A stretch of DNA of 64,000 nucleotides from Myxococcota bacterium (GCA_965250285.1 OZ252299.1:5408001-5472000), one strand, 5' to 3'; shown: positions 20,295 to 30,525, numbered from the stretch's first letter. Translations and numbers: made by a program. The notes: a model not told the origin generated them from the sequence alone.

Positions 20295-20347
20295 TCGTCG
20301 CGGCGCGCGGCGCCCCCGATTTCGGCATTCGTGCTACACCGCTGGCC

Positions 20348-21433
20348 ATGGCGCGTGTCCCGATCGAGCTCCCCCATCATCGCTACGAGGTCGTCATCGA
20401 GCCCGGTGCGCTCGGGCGGCTCGGTGAACTCGTCCACGCGGTCGCGCCCCACGCCGACTGCGCCCTGCTCGGCGATGCGGCCGTCTTCGCCCACTACGAG
20501 AAAGCGGCCCACGACGCGCTCGAGGGGGCCGGCTATCGCGTCGTCTCGAAGGGCCTGGCGCTCGGCGAAGCGAGCAAGCACCTCGACACGGTGCGCGGTC
20601 TGTACGACGTGCTGCTCGACGAACGGCTCGAGCGACGCGCACCGGTGATCGCGCTCGGCGGCGGCGTCGCGGGCGACACCATCGGCTTCGTGGCTGCGAG
20701 CTATCTGCGCGGTGTGCCCTTCGTGCAGGTGCCCACGACCCTGCTCGCCATGGTCGACTCGAGTGTCGGCGGCAAGACCGGCGTCAACGTGCCCCAGGGC
20801 AAGAACCTGATCGGGGCGTTCTATCAGCCGTCTGTCGTGGTCGCCGACACCGACGTGCTCGCCACGCTGCCCGATCGCGAGCTGCGCTGCGGGCTCGCCG
20901 AGTGCGTCAAGCACGCGGTGATTCGCGACGCGTCGCTGCTCGAATTCATCGAGCAGAACGCGGCCGGCCTGCTCGCGCGCGAGCCCGAGCTGCTGGTCGA
21001 GCTGGTGCGACGCAACGTCGAGATCAAGGCGGCGGTCGTCGTCGAAGACGAGCTCGAAGCCGGTGTGCGGGCACACTTGAATTTCGGACACACGTTCGGT
21101 CACGCGATCGAAGTGACGACGGGCTACGGCGTGCTGCTGCACGGCGAAGCCGTGGCGCTCGGCATGTGCGCGGCGGCGACGGCCGCCGCCGAGATGGGGC
21201 TCTGTGCGCCCGCGGTCGGCGAGCGCATCGAAGCCGCGCTCGAAGCCCTCGGCATCGCGCGCACCGGAGCGGTCGCCGACGACGCGACGCTCGGCGCGGC
21301 GATGAAGCTCGACAAGAAGGTGCAGGGGGCGAAGGTGCGCTTCGTGTTGCCGACCCGAGTCGGCCACGTCGAGATTCGCGACGACGTCCCCGCCGCGGCG
21401 ATCGCGGCGGCGTGGGCGCACGTGCGCAGCTAG
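20348..21433 (+). CDS. aroB: 3-dehydroquinate synthase
   Basis: GGGVAGD, PTTLLAMVDSSVGGKTGVN, LNFGHTFGHAIE, HGEAVALG, DKK. Confidence 0.96.
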   Translation: MARVPIELPHHRYEVVIEPGALGRLGELVHAVAPHADCALLGDAAVFAHYEKAAHDALEGAGYRVVSKGLALGEASKHLDTVRGLYDVLLDERLERRAPVIALGGGVAGDTIGFVAASYLRGVPFVQVPTTLLAMVDSSVGGKTGVNVPQGKNLIGAFYQPSVVVADTDVLATLPDRELRCGLAECVKHAVIRDASLLEFIEQNAAGLLAREPELLVELVRRNVEIKAAVVVEDELEAGVRAHLNFGHTFGHAIEVTTGYGVLLHGEAVALGMCAAATAAAEMGLCAPAVGERIEAALEALGIARTGAVADDATLGAAMKLDKKVQGAKVRFVLPTRVGHVEIRDDVPAAAIAAAWAHVRS

Positions 21434-21878
21434 CGCGCCCCTCGTCGTTCCTCTCCTCTCATCTTTCTCATCGCATCATCGATGAAGGGCTCGGGTGGAT
21501 CCCGGCATCGGGGCGCAGCCGCGTGTGTCGACGACCGCTCGCGATCCGGCCGAACCCGATGCCTTCGCAGGCGCGCGCGAACCCGAACGTGTGGACTCCC
21601 GTCCAGAGCTGATCCCGGCGCGGCTCGACCGAGCCGATCGGACGTTCGATCGCGCTGCAGTCGACACGCATGCGACGGGCTCAAGCCGCCGCGGCCGTTC
21701 ACCGATTTCAAGTGAAGGCGTGCAGGGGCTCGAACGCCGGTTGACCGCGAATCGCGTGCATCGGGGCTTTTCCCGATGGTTCTTCGCGCTCGAGCATTGC
21801 TAGCCTTGGGTTTCCCCCCTCGCATGGACCGGTACATCCAACCGGGTCGTCGCGGTGTCGGGTGGGAGAGGCGAGCGT

Positions 21879-23441
21879 TTGGCGGAAGGTGTGTTCGTCA
21901 AGGAGCCGTGCGAGGTCGAGACGCCGTCGGGCCGACTCAGAGGGAGTCAGCGCCGGGGCGTCTATCGGTTTCTCGGTGTGCCGTACGCGACGGCGCCTCG
22001 CGGCGAGCTGCGGTTTCGGGGCCCGCGCCCGGTCAAGCCGTGGGCCGGTGCGCGCGACGCGAAGGTGCCGGGGCCCGCGCCGCTGCAGATGGGCGTGCCC
22101 TTCTTTCGCAACGTCAACCCCGGCGTCTCGCGGCAGTCGGAAGACTGCCTCTACCTGAACGTCTTCACGCCCGGGCTCGATGATCGCAAGCGCCCCGTGC
22201 TCTTCTGGATCCACGGCGGCGGCTTTCTGGTCGGCTCGGGTTCGACGCCCGTCTACGACGGCTCGGCGCTCGCGCGCACCGGCGACATCGTCGTCGTCAC
22301 CATCAACTACCGGCTCGGCGCGCTCGGCCACGTCCACCTGAAGGACGTGCTCGGCGAAGACTTCAAGGACGCCGCCAACGCCGGCTCGAAGGATCAAGCC
22401 GCCGCCCTGCAGTGGGTGCACGATCACATCGAGGCCTTTGGTGGCGACCCCGACCAGGTGACGATCGCCGGCCAGTCGGCGGGCGCGATGAGCGTGGGCG
22501 CGCTGCTGGCGGCGCCTTCCGCGCGGCCGCTCTTCAAGCGCGCGATCCTGCAGAGCGGCGCTGCCGCGAACGTCATGACCCGCGATCAGGCGGCGATCGT
22601 CGCCGAGACGTTCCTCGAGGCGCTCGGCCCGGTGCGCGATCGCCGCGGGCTCGCATCGGTGTCGGCGCAGCGGATCATGCGCGCGCAGGGCATCACGAAC
22701 CGCAAGCTCATGAACATGGCGCGGCTCATGGCGATGACCCCGTGCGTCGACGGTGACTTCATCCCCGATCATCCGTACGAGGCCATCGAACGCGGCGACG
22801 TGGCCGACATCGAGCTGATGGTCGGGACGACCCTCGACGAGTGGAAGCTCTTCGGCACCGTCGAAGCGCTCGCGCCCGCCGTCATGGGCGAGCACGTGCT
22901 GCGCAGTCGGTTCGTCTCGGTGCTCGACGCGGTCGGGGCCGACGTGCCGTCGGCCGAGCAGGCGCTCGGCGAATACCGTGCGGCCGTGCGCAAGCGCGGC
23001 GGCAGCACGAGCGCCTATTCGGTCTGGAACGCCTTCCAGTCGGCGCGCATCTTCCACGTGCCGGGCATGGATCTCGCCGAGCGCCACGCCGACGCCGGCG
23101 GCCGCGCGCACAGCTATCTGTTCAAGTGGCGGCCGCGCACGCTGCGCAACGCGGTCGGTGCCTGTCACGCGCTCGACGTGCCCTTCGTTTTCGGCCTCGG
23201 CAACCTTCGACTCACGCGCGCGATGAGCGGTCTGTCGGCCTCGGCGCCGCGACTCTCGGAGCGCATGCAGGGCGCGTGGGTCGGCTTCGTGCGCAACGGC
23301 ACGCCGCAGTCGGACGACCTGCCCGAGTGGGACGAGTACTGCGGTCGGCACCGGGCGACGATGCTGCTCGGGCGACAGTGCTACGTCGCCGACTCGCCGC
23401 TCGAGGAAGAGCGCGCGCTGCTCGCGAACTGGCTCGGCTAG
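21879..23441 (+). CDS. Type-B carboxylesterase (paralog of 7299-8846)
   Basis: SEDCLYLNV, WIHGGG, GQSAG and CHALDVPFVFG motifs; start uncertain. Confidence 0.92.
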   Translation: MAEGVFVKEPCEVETPSGRLRGSQRRGVYRFLGVPYATAPRGELRFRGPRPVKPWAGARDAKVPGPAPLQMGVPFFRNVNPGVSRQSEDCLYLNVFTPGLDDRKRPVLFWIHGGGFLVGSGSTPVYDGSALARTGDIVVVTINYRLGALGHVHLKDVLGEDFKDAANAGSKDQAAALQWVHDHIEAFGGDPDQVTIAGQSAGAMSVGALLAAPSARPLFKRAILQSGAAANVMTRDQAAIVAETFLEALGPVRDRRGLASVSAQRIMRAQGITNRKLMNMARLMAMTPCVDGDFIPDHPYEAIERGDVADIELMVGTTLDEWKLFGTVEALAPAVMGEHVLRSRFVSVLDAVGADVPSAEQALGEYRAAVRKRGGSTSAYSVWNAFQSARIFHVPGMDLAERHADAGGRAHSYLFKWRPRTLRNAVGACHALDVPFVFGLGNLRLTRAMSGLSASAPRLSERMQGAWVGFVRNGTPQSDDLPEWDEYCGRHRATMLLGRQCYVADSPLEEERALLANWLG

Positions 23442-23478
23442 CCGAGCGCGCCACAACCCACCCGCATCCAGCTCGACC

Positions 23479-23615
23479 GGCGATGCCCGAGCGTGCGTCA
23501 TTCAGGCGAAGGCGTGCGTCACGCGCCCGAGCCCGGGTCGCTGCGAAACGACGCGTCGGGCGACGCCCGAGCGTGCGTCATTCAGGCGAGGGCGTGCGTC
23601 ACGCGCCCGAGCCCG
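23479..23615. repeat. 57-bp direct duplication spanning a gene 3' end
   Basis: 23479-23535 vs 23559-23615, 2 mismatches. Confidence 0.85.
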
Positions 23616-24004
23616 CGCCACTGCGCGAAGGCGAGCGCGGCGACGACGGTGCTGACCCCGGCGAGGCCGATGGCGCCCAGCGGCGTCAGCCAGCCGAGTG
23701 CGATGATGGGCACGCTGCCGACGACCCACGCGACGTCGGCCGCACAGTACGAACGGGCTTCCGTCGCGAGACGCGTCGCGTCGGTGCGCCGTGACGATGC
23801 GACCAGCAGGGCCGCGAACCCGAGCAACCCGACGCCCAGCGCGACCAGCAGCTCGGCGGGCACGCCGATCAGCGGCGCGAGCGCCCCTGCGTCGAGCACG
23901 AAGATCAGGGCGCAGGTCGTCGAGAAGGCGGCGTTGGCGCGCAGCGCGAGGCGAAGCAAGCGAGTCGCGTCGGCGCGATCGGGCGTCGGTTGGGCGGTCG
24001 TCAT
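23582..24004 (-). CDS. Small 4-TM membrane protein
   Basis: LLRLALRANAAFS plus hydrophobic helices; GGAGG RBS; divergent from the TetR gene. Confidence 0.75.
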   Translation of the reverse strand: MTTAQPTPDRADATRLLRLALRANAAFSTTCALIFVLDAGALAPLIGVPAELLVALGVGLLGFAALLVASSRRTDATRLATEARSYCAADVAWVVGSVPIIALGWLTPLGAIGLAGVSTVVAALAFAQWRGLGRVTHALA

Positions 24005-24051
24005 GGTCGGGTCCTCCAGCGGGAGACGATTTCGGGGGGCGCGGTCCGATC

Positions 24052-24097
24052 AATAACACGAACGATCGTACTTGTAAATGCGATCGATCGTGCTATT
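24052..24097. promoter_or_regulatory. Inverted pair of putative TetR operators flanking TTGTAA
   Basis: AATAACACGAACGATCGTA (24052-24070) matches the reverse complement of TGCGATCGATCGTGCTATT (24079-24097) at 16/19 positions. Confidence 0.7.
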
Positions 24098-24106
24098 TCT
24101 CCCTCC

Positions 24107-24715
24107 ATGCCGACCCGCTCCCGCCAAACCCGCGCTGAGATCCTCGAGGCGGCCATGCACCTCGCGTCGGTCGAGGGCCTCGAAGGGCTCTCGATCGGCC
24201 GGCTCGCGAAGCGCATGTCGATGTCGAAGAGCGGGGTGATCGGCCACTTCGAGAGCAAGACCGACCTGCAGCTCGAGGCTGTGGCCGCGGCGGTCGACGT
24301 CTTCGAGCGCGCCGTGATCGCGCCCGAGCACGAGGCGCCGGGCCTGCCGCGGCTGCGCGCGCGCATCGAGCGGTGGATCGCGCACGTGGCCTCGGGGCGC
24401 TTCGAGGGCGGCTGCTTCTTCTGGGCCGCGTCGGCCGAGTTCGATGGGCGGCCGGGCCCCGTTCGTGACGCCGTCGCCCGCGCCACGGCACACTGGCTCG
24501 ATGGCCTCACCGAAGAGGTGCGCCTCGCGCAGCGGCTCGGTGAGCTCGATGCAGACGAAGAGCCCGAGCAGATCGCCTTCGAGCTGCACGCGGTCGTGCA
24601 GGAGGCGAACTGGGCGAAGCAGCTGCTCGGTCGCGATGACGCGTTCGAGCGCGCGCGACGCGCCGTCGACGCGCGGCTCGCCCGCACGGCCGAGGGCGCC
24701 GCGACCTCGGGCTGA
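24107..24715 (+). CDS. TetR/AcrR-family regulator
   Basis: ILEAAMHLASVEGLEGLSIGRLAKRMSMSKSGVIGHFESKTDL; GGCFF...EFDGRPGPVRD. Confidence 0.92.
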   Translation: MPTRSRQTRAEILEAAMHLASVEGLEGLSIGRLAKRMSMSKSGVIGHFESKTDLQLEAVAAAVDVFERAVIAPEHEAPGLPRLRARIERWIAHVASGRFEGGCFFWAASAEFDGRPGPVRDAVARATAHWLDGLTEEVRLAQRLGELDADEEPEQIAFELHAVVQEANWAKQLLGRDDAFERARRAVDARLARTAEGAATSG

Positions 24716-24810
24716 CCGGTCGACTTGCAGGCGCGACGCGCCGTCGACGCGCGGCTCGCCCGCTCGCCCGCTCGCCCGCACGGCCGAGGGCGCCGCGACC
24801 TCGGGCTGAC
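24653..24810. repeat. Direct duplication of the TetR 3' end
   Basis: 24653-24716 is repeated at 24731-24810 with two extra GCTCGCCC units. Confidence 0.85.
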
Positions 24811-25350
24811 GCGGCGACCCGATCGCGCCTTCGCTCCGCACCGCGATGAAGCGGGGCCCCGGCCATGACGCGCCGGCCGCATCGCTTCGATTCCGCGACA
24901 CAGATCGTTGCACGGTGTCCTGCGGGCGAGCGCGAGACGGCGACCCCTTGCATAGGAAGGCAGCGACCCGTCCCCACGCGGATCACCCGCAGGTCGATGG
25001 GCGGCGACTGGGCGGGGCGACGCAGCGTCACTCAGGCCGGTCGAACGAACCTCCGATGGGTTCATGGGGAATGTCGCCCAGCGCCCGAAACCGTCACGCC
25101 CCGGGCCGGTGCGTGACGCCGCCGGGGAGGGCGGGGAACGGTTAGAATCAGGCGGCATCCAAAGCGGGCTGGTGAGGGGCATCACCAAACGAGCGATGGA
25201 ACGACGAGCCAGGCAGGGGCCGCTCGTCTCGCGCGTGAATCGGGTTTGAACCCAAGCAACCAAGCCACTGCGCGCCCCACACCGGCGATGAGCGAAGAGA
25301 TCCAGGCGCAGCGTCCCCATGACGCCGCGCTCGCTGACGAGGCTCGAAGC

Positions 25351-26244
25351 ATGCGCAACGCACCCCGAAAGGACAGGACGCACCCGTGCTTCGACGCTGC
25401 GGTTCGGTCGGTCGTCTGGGTGCTGCTCGCGTCGCTCGCGCTGATCGGTGCGGCGCCGAGTGCGCTCGCGCTCGGTCAGGGTGCGTCGGCTGCGGCGTCC
25501 GGCCCCTTCTCGCCCGATGATCCGCTGCTCTATCACCCGGCGCTCGATGACGGGCCGCTCGGGCCCGGTCGCAAGGCGTACCGCGAGCGGCGTGATCCCG
25601 ACCGTGCGCTCGAGAGCTACACGCTCTTCAAGCAGGTGGTCGAGGAGAACCCGGGCGATCCGACCGCGCTCTGGCATCTCGCGATGAGCTGCTACTACCT
25701 CGGCCAGCGCGTGGTCGAGACCGGCGACGAGCGCAAGCGCGTGTTCGCCGAGGGGCATCGCTTCGCCGAGCAGGCGGTGGCGCGCGACCCGAAGTGCGCC
25801 CCGTGCCACATGCTGGCGGGCGTGAACCAGGCGCTGTGGGGCCAGGAGATGGGCATCTTCCGCGTGCTCTCGGGCCTGCCCAACGTGAAGCGTCACCTGC
25901 AGGCGAGCACCGACCTCGACCCGACCTTCGCCGGCGCGAGCGCGCTGCGCGTGCGGGCGCAGATCGCGCGCGTCTTGCCGCGCTGGCTCGGCGGCGGCAA
26001 GAAGAAGGCGCGCCGCTACCTGCTGCGCGCGATCGAGATCGCGCCGAACGAGCCGCTCAACTACCAGTTCCTCGCCCGGCTGTATCAGAAGGATTTCAAG
26101 CAGCCCGACAAGGCGCTCGCCGTGGCGCGCGAGGGCCTGACGCTCACGCAGCCCGGCCCCGAGTTCGTCGAGAGCGTCGACTCGATGCGCCGCCTGCAAC
26201 GCATGGTGAACAAGCTCGAGAAGAGCGAGGGCCGCGACGGCTGA
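25351..26244 (+). CDS. Secreted TPR-like protein
   Basis: Hydrophobic signal; AVARDPKCAPCH, LPRWLGGGKKKARRYLLRAIEIAP; start uncertain. Confidence 0.7.
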   Translation: MRNAPRKDRTHPCFDAAVRSVVWVLLASLALIGAAPSALALGQGASAAASGPFSPDDPLLYHPALDDGPLGPGRKAYRERRDPDRALESYTLFKQVVEENPGDPTALWHLAMSCYYLGQRVVETGDERKRVFAEGHRFAEQAVARDPKCAPCHMLAGVNQALWGQEMGIFRVLSGLPNVKRHLQASTDLDPTFAGASALRVRAQIARVLPRWLGGGKKKARRYLLRAIEIAPNEPLNYQFLARLYQKDFKQPDKALAVAREGLTLTQPGPEFVESVDSMRRLQRMVNKLEKSEGRDG

Positions 26245-26273
26245 CCCACGCCGCGCCGGATCGCCGCGCACCG

Positions 26274-26681
26274 ATGAGCCAACCCCCGACCGAGACCGCG
26301 CCCGAGCGCAGCCGCCGCGTGCGCGTCGCCGACCTGAGCGACGTGCCCGAGCGAGGGGGGCTTGCCGTCGAGGTGGGCGGCGTCGAGATCGGCGTGTTCC
26401 GCACCGAGGCCGGGCTGCTCGCCATCGAGAACGCCTGCCCGCATGCGAGCGTGCCGCTCAGCACGGGCTCGGTCGAAGCCTGCATCGTGACCTGCCCCGC
26501 GCACGGGTTTCAGTACGATCTGCGCACCGGCTATGCGGCCGACTTTGCCGACGGGTTCCCGATCCCGCGCTTCGAAGTGATCGTCGAAGACGACTCGGTC
26601 TTCATCGAAGCCGATGTCGAGGACGACGGCGGCGTCGCGCCGCGGCCGCTCCCGCGTGTGCGGCCCACGCGAGACGCCTGA
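26274..26681 (+). CDS. Rieske [2Fe-2S] ferredoxin
   Basis: NACPHASVPL...CPAHGFQYDLRTG. Confidence 0.88.
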   Translation: MSQPPTETAPERSRRVRVADLSDVPERGGLAVEVGGVEIGVFRTEAGLLAIENACPHASVPLSTGSVEACIVTCPAHGFQYDLRTGYAADFADGFPIPRFEVIVEDDSVFIEADVEDDGGVAPRPLPRVRPTRDA

Positions 26682-26682
26682 C

Positions 26683-26778
26683 TCGCCGGCGCCCGTCCGG
26701 TGTGGCTCGAGCGAGACGTTCGGGTCGCCGGCACCCGTCCGTGTGGCTCGAGCGAGACGTTCGGGTCGCCGGCACCCG
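26683..26778. repeat. 41-bp tandem repeat (~2.4 copies), intergenic
   Basis: GTGTGGCTCGAGCGAGACGTTCGGGTCGCCGGCACCCG at 26700 and 26741. Confidence 0.85.
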
Positions 26779-26798
26779 CGGCCGCGGGGAGACGAACG

Positions 26799-28328
26799 AT
26801 GGCGCGACCGTGGTGGCAGGACGCGGTGATGTACCAGATCTACCCGCGCTCGTTCGCCGACTCGAACGGCGACGGGGTGGGCGACCTGCCCGGCATCACC
26901 GCGCACCTCGACGACCTCGCCTGGCTCGGCGTCGACGGCGTGTGGATCTCGCCCTTCTTTCGCTCGCCCATGCACGACGCCGGCTACGACGTGGCCGACT
27001 ACTGCGACGTCGATCCGGTCTTCGGCTCGCTCGCCGACATCGACACGCTGATCGCCGAGGCCCATGCGCGCGGGCTCAAGGTGATGATCGACTGGGTGCC
27101 CGCCCACACCTCGAACGAGCACCCCTGGTTCGTCGAGGCGAGCGCGTCGCGCGACGCGCCGAAGCGCAACTGGTACGTCTGGCGCGACGCCGGGCCCGAC
27201 GGTGCGCTGCCGAACAACTGGCGGGCCGCCTTCAAGAAGGTGCCGGCGTGGACGTGGCACGAGGCCACGGGTCAGTACTACCTGCACTCGTTTCTCAAGG
27301 AGCAGCCCGACCTCAACTGGAACGAGCCGGCGGTGGTCGAGGCCATGCACGACACGCTGCGCTTCTGGCTCGACCGCGGCATCGACGGCTTTCGAGCCGA
27401 CGTGGTGCACAACATCGGCAAGAACGATGCGCTGGCCGATCACCCGGAGCCCGTCGCCAAGATCCCGCACTGCGCGCTGAACGACGACGCGCTCACCCAC
27501 GGTCATCTGCGTGCGATTCGCAAGCTGCTCGACGGCTACGAGGGGGACCGCGCGATGATCGGCGAGGTGTTCCTGCTCTCGACCGAGCAGGTGGCGGCCT
27601 ACTACGGCCAGGGCGACGAGCTGCACATGAGCTTCAACTTCCCGCCGCTCTTCGCGGCGTGGGAGGCGCCGGTCTGGCGCGAGCAGATCGAGAGTGCCGC
27701 GCGGCTCTTCGATCCGATCGGGGCCTGGCCGACCTGGGTGCTCTCGAACCACGACCAGAAACGGCACCGCACGCGCTACGGCTCGCTCGCACGCGCGCGG
27801 GTGGCGGCGATGCTGCTGCTCACGCTGCGCGGCACGCCCTTTCTGTACCAGGGTGAAGAGCTCGGCCTCGAAGACGCGGTGGTGCCGCCGGATCGCGTGG
27901 TCGACCCGGCCGATCGCGACGGCTGCCGGGCCCCGATCCCGTGGCTTCGCGCGGGTGGCCACGGCTGGCCCGATCCGTCATGGCTGCCGCTGCCGCCCGA
28001 AGCGGGCGCGCTCTCGCACGAGGCCCAGCGCGAAGACGCGGGCTCGATGCTGCATCTCTATCGCCATCTGCTGGCCGAGCGGCGCGGCTCGCCGGCGCTG
28101 CGCGAAGGGGCGCTCGAGCTGTGTGAAGCCGACGAAGGGCAGCTCGCCTACCGGCGTGTGTGCGGCGACGATGAGCGCCTGGTCGTGCTCGATCTCGGTG
28201 GATCGGGCGGCCGGTTCGAGGCGGGAGTCGGTCGCAGCGTCGTCGCGTGCACCGACCGCGCCCGCGAGGGCGCGGCGTTCGACGGGCAGGTGCCCGCCGA
28301 CGCCGGCTTCATCCTCGCTCGGGCGTAG
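26799..28328 (+). CDS. GH13 alpha-glucosidase
   Basis: WWQDAVMYQIYPRSFADSNGDGVGDL, QPDLNW, DGFRAD, GE, SNHD, YQGEELG. Confidence 0.93.
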   Translation: MARPWWQDAVMYQIYPRSFADSNGDGVGDLPGITAHLDDLAWLGVDGVWISPFFRSPMHDAGYDVADYCDVDPVFGSLADIDTLIAEAHARGLKVMIDWVPAHTSNEHPWFVEASASRDAPKRNWYVWRDAGPDGALPNNWRAAFKKVPAWTWHEATGQYYLHSFLKEQPDLNWNEPAVVEAMHDTLRFWLDRGIDGFRADVVHNIGKNDALADHPEPVAKIPHCALNDDALTHGHLRAIRKLLDGYEGDRAMIGEVFLLSTEQVAAYYGQGDELHMSFNFPPLFAAWEAPVWREQIESAARLFDPIGAWPTWVLSNHDQKRHRTRYGSLARARVAAMLLLTLRGTPFLYQGEELGLEDAVVPPDRVVDPADRDGCRAPIPWLRAGGHGWPDPSWLPLPPEAGALSHEAQREDAGSMLHLYRHLLAERRGSPALREGALELCEADEGQLAYRRVCGDDERLVVLDLGGSGGRFEAGVGRSVVACTDRAREGAAFDGQVPADAGFILARA

Positions 28329-28358
28329 GCGTGCGCGGCGCACGCTGGGGCGGTGCGC

Positions 28359-29132
28359 TCAGCGGCGCATGCCCGCTTCGTGCTCGATCATGTTCACGAG
28401 GCCCTCGTCGATGCCCGAGGCGCGCGCCTCGCTCACGATGAAGTTCACCTCGTTGCGCGTCTCGACCACCTTCTGCTCTGCGAGCTGCAGGCGCTCGAGC
28501 ATCATGGCTTCGTTCTCGGCGTCAGCGCCGGGCTTGCGCGCGGCGCGGGCGTAGGCCTCGCCGGCTTCGACGGCGTCGGCCTCGGCCTGGCGATAGGCCT
28601 TGAGAGCCGCGCGGGCGCGCATCTTGAACTCGTCGCTCGCCTGGGGCTCGATCATGTCGGCTTGATCGATCGACGGCGCCGCCGGCAGGGCCGAGCGGTC
28701 GATGGGCTCGTACTCGGGGTTGCCCGCTGCGCCGGGGTTCTCGAGACCCGTGCCGCCGTGCTGACTGGGCAGCCGGTACATCTGAGACACGAGCATGCCG
28801 TGCACTTCGTGATCGAGGCCCTTCTCCTGCATCTTGCCCCAGAGGCGCAGGCGATCGCCGTTGTTGATCGCGCCGTGCTCGCGCACGAGGAAATCCTGGA
28901 TCTTGACCGGCATCTTTCCGGTGTCGTCCTGGATGTAGTAGATGAACTGGTTGGCCGAGTCGCTCATCGTGCCCTCGACCGTGAAGTACTCGGCGATCTT
29001 CATGGTCTTGAGCGCCTCGGCGATCGGGATCGGATCCTGGGCCTGGGCCTTTGCGACCTTCGTGAGGGTCATGCTCCCGGCGCACGTGACGGCGGCCAGC
29101 AGAGCGACGAAGTGAACGATTCGGTGCGGCAT
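28359..29132 (-). CDS. Secreted protein with N-terminal bacterial OB-fold (YgiW/YdeI-like) and helical C-terminus
   Basis: FTVEGTM...YYIQDDTGKMPVKI...GDRLRLWGKM. Confidence 0.6.
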   Translation of the reverse strand: MPHRIVHFVALLAAVTCAGSMTLTKVAKAQAQDPIPIAEALKTMKIAEYFTVEGTMSDSANQFIYYIQDDTGKMPVKIQDFLVREHGAINNGDRLRLWGKMQEKGLDHEVHGMLVSQMYRLPSQHGGTGLENPGAAGNPEYEPIDRSALPAAPSIDQADMIEPQASDEFKMRARAALKAYRQAEADAVEAGEAYARAARKPGADAENEAMMLERLQLAEQKVVETRNEVNFIVSEARASGIDEGLVNMIEHEAGMRR

Positions 29133-29294
29133 GCGTGACTCCCCGGGCGAACGCTCGCCCTCGCGACGCGCCGCGAACGCGCGGCGTCGGTCGGTGACCT
29201 GCGTCGTATCGACGCGACTTGCGCGCAGGTTGAGGGCCATCTCCGCGTCGCAGCGGCGAAAGCCCGGGAGTGCCTCGGTGCGAGGAGGGGCCGC

Positions 29295-29672
29295 TCAGCG
29301 CGCGTCGCGCATCTCGGCCGGGTTCCAGTAGGCCTTCAGACTTCGAATCAGACCGGAGGCGTCGAACTCGACAACGTCGATCGCGTCGAGCCAGCGCGCC
29401 GGTCGGCCCGGGCGCTCGAGGCAGGCGACGAGCGGCATGACGCCCGTGTCGTCGGCGACGCAGATCGGCCCGGTGATTTCGGCGGTGAGCTGGCCGGCGG
29501 TGCCCGCGTAGAAGGCCTTCACCGCGTCGCGTCCCTCGTGGCGCGGCCCACCCACCGGGTCTTCGATCGAGCCCGCCTCGAGATAGAGCGCGCCGATGGC
29601 CTCGACGTCGCCGGCCGACAGCCGATCGACGTAGTGCACGAGGGTCTCGCGGATCGTGTCGGCAGACGGCAT
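29295..29672 (-). CDS. NTF2/SnoaL-like protein (ketosteroid-isomerase-like)
   Basis: YV...GDVEAIGALY...IEDPVG...GRDAVKAFY...IDVVEFD...LKAYW. Confidence 0.8.
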   Translation of the reverse strand: MPSADTIRETLVHYVDRLSAGDVEAIGALYLEAGSIEDPVGGPRHEGRDAVKAFYAGTAGQLTAEITGPICVADDTGVMPLVACLERPGRPARWLDAIDVVEFDASGLIRSLKAYWNPAEMRDAR

Positions 29673-29748
29673 CGTTGCTCCTCGACGCGGACGGGCAGCT
29701 GGGTTCAGTTGAGTCCGGACAAGAGTGCGCGATGTCGATCGTCGCGTC

Positions 29749-30411
29749 ATGGGCGACTCGGAGGTGGGCGTGGCGGCACGCAAGAAGGGCTTGATCCAGG
29801 GCGAGGACGGTCGGCTGCGCTGCTGGTGGCCCGGCGAGCACGCCGACTACGTCGCCTACCACGACGACGAGTGGGGGCGCCCGGTCGACGACGACGTGCG
29901 GCTCTTCGAAAAGCTGTGTCTCGAGGGCTTCCAGTCGGGGCTCTCGTGGCTCACGATTCTGCGCAAGCGCGCGCATTTTCGGGCGGCCTTCGCCGGCTTC
30001 GACTTCGAGCGCATCGCACGCTGGAACACGCGCAGCGTCGAGCGGCTGCTGCGCGATGCGGGCATCGTGCGCCACCGCGGCAAGATCGAGTCGGTGCTGA
30101 ACAACGCGCGCCGCACCTGCGAGCTGATCGACGACACCGGCTCGCTCGCCGATCACGTCTGGGGCTACATGCCTGCCCCGCGCGAGCGGCCGCGCAAGCT
30201 CACGCACGCCGAGCTCATGAAGCTCACGCAGTCGGCCGCTTCGGTGGCGCTCTCGAAGGATCTCAAGCGTCGCGGCTTCAGCTATGTGGGCCCGACCACG
30301 CTCTACGCGTTCATGCAGTCGATGGGGGTGGTGAACGACCACATCGAGGGCTGCGCTCTGCGCGCGCCGGTGGAGCGAGAGCGGCGAGCCTTTCTCGCCC
30401 GGAGGGGCTGA
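29749..30411 (+). CDS. tag: DNA-3-methyladenine glycosylase I
   Basis: RCWW...YHDDEWG, LFEKLCLEGFQSGLSWLTILRKR, GPTTLYAFMQSMGVVNDHIEGC. Confidence 0.95.
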   Translation: MGDSEVGVAARKKGLIQGEDGRLRCWWPGEHADYVAYHDDEWGRPVDDDVRLFEKLCLEGFQSGLSWLTILRKRAHFRAAFAGFDFERIARWNTRSVERLLRDAGIVRHRGKIESVLNNARRTCELIDDTGSLADHVWGYMPAPRERPRKLTHAELMKLTQSAASVALSKDLKRRGFSYVGPTTLYAFMQSMGVVNDHIEGCALRAPVERERRAFLARRG

Positions 30412-30525
30412 AGCTTCGTCCCATCGACGGGCCCCCGGCGGCTATGCTGGCGGGGAGCGGCGCCCCGTCGAACCACCGAAGCGCCGCCGACACAGCCGGG
30501 CCTCGCGCCCGCCCGGAGGATCGCC

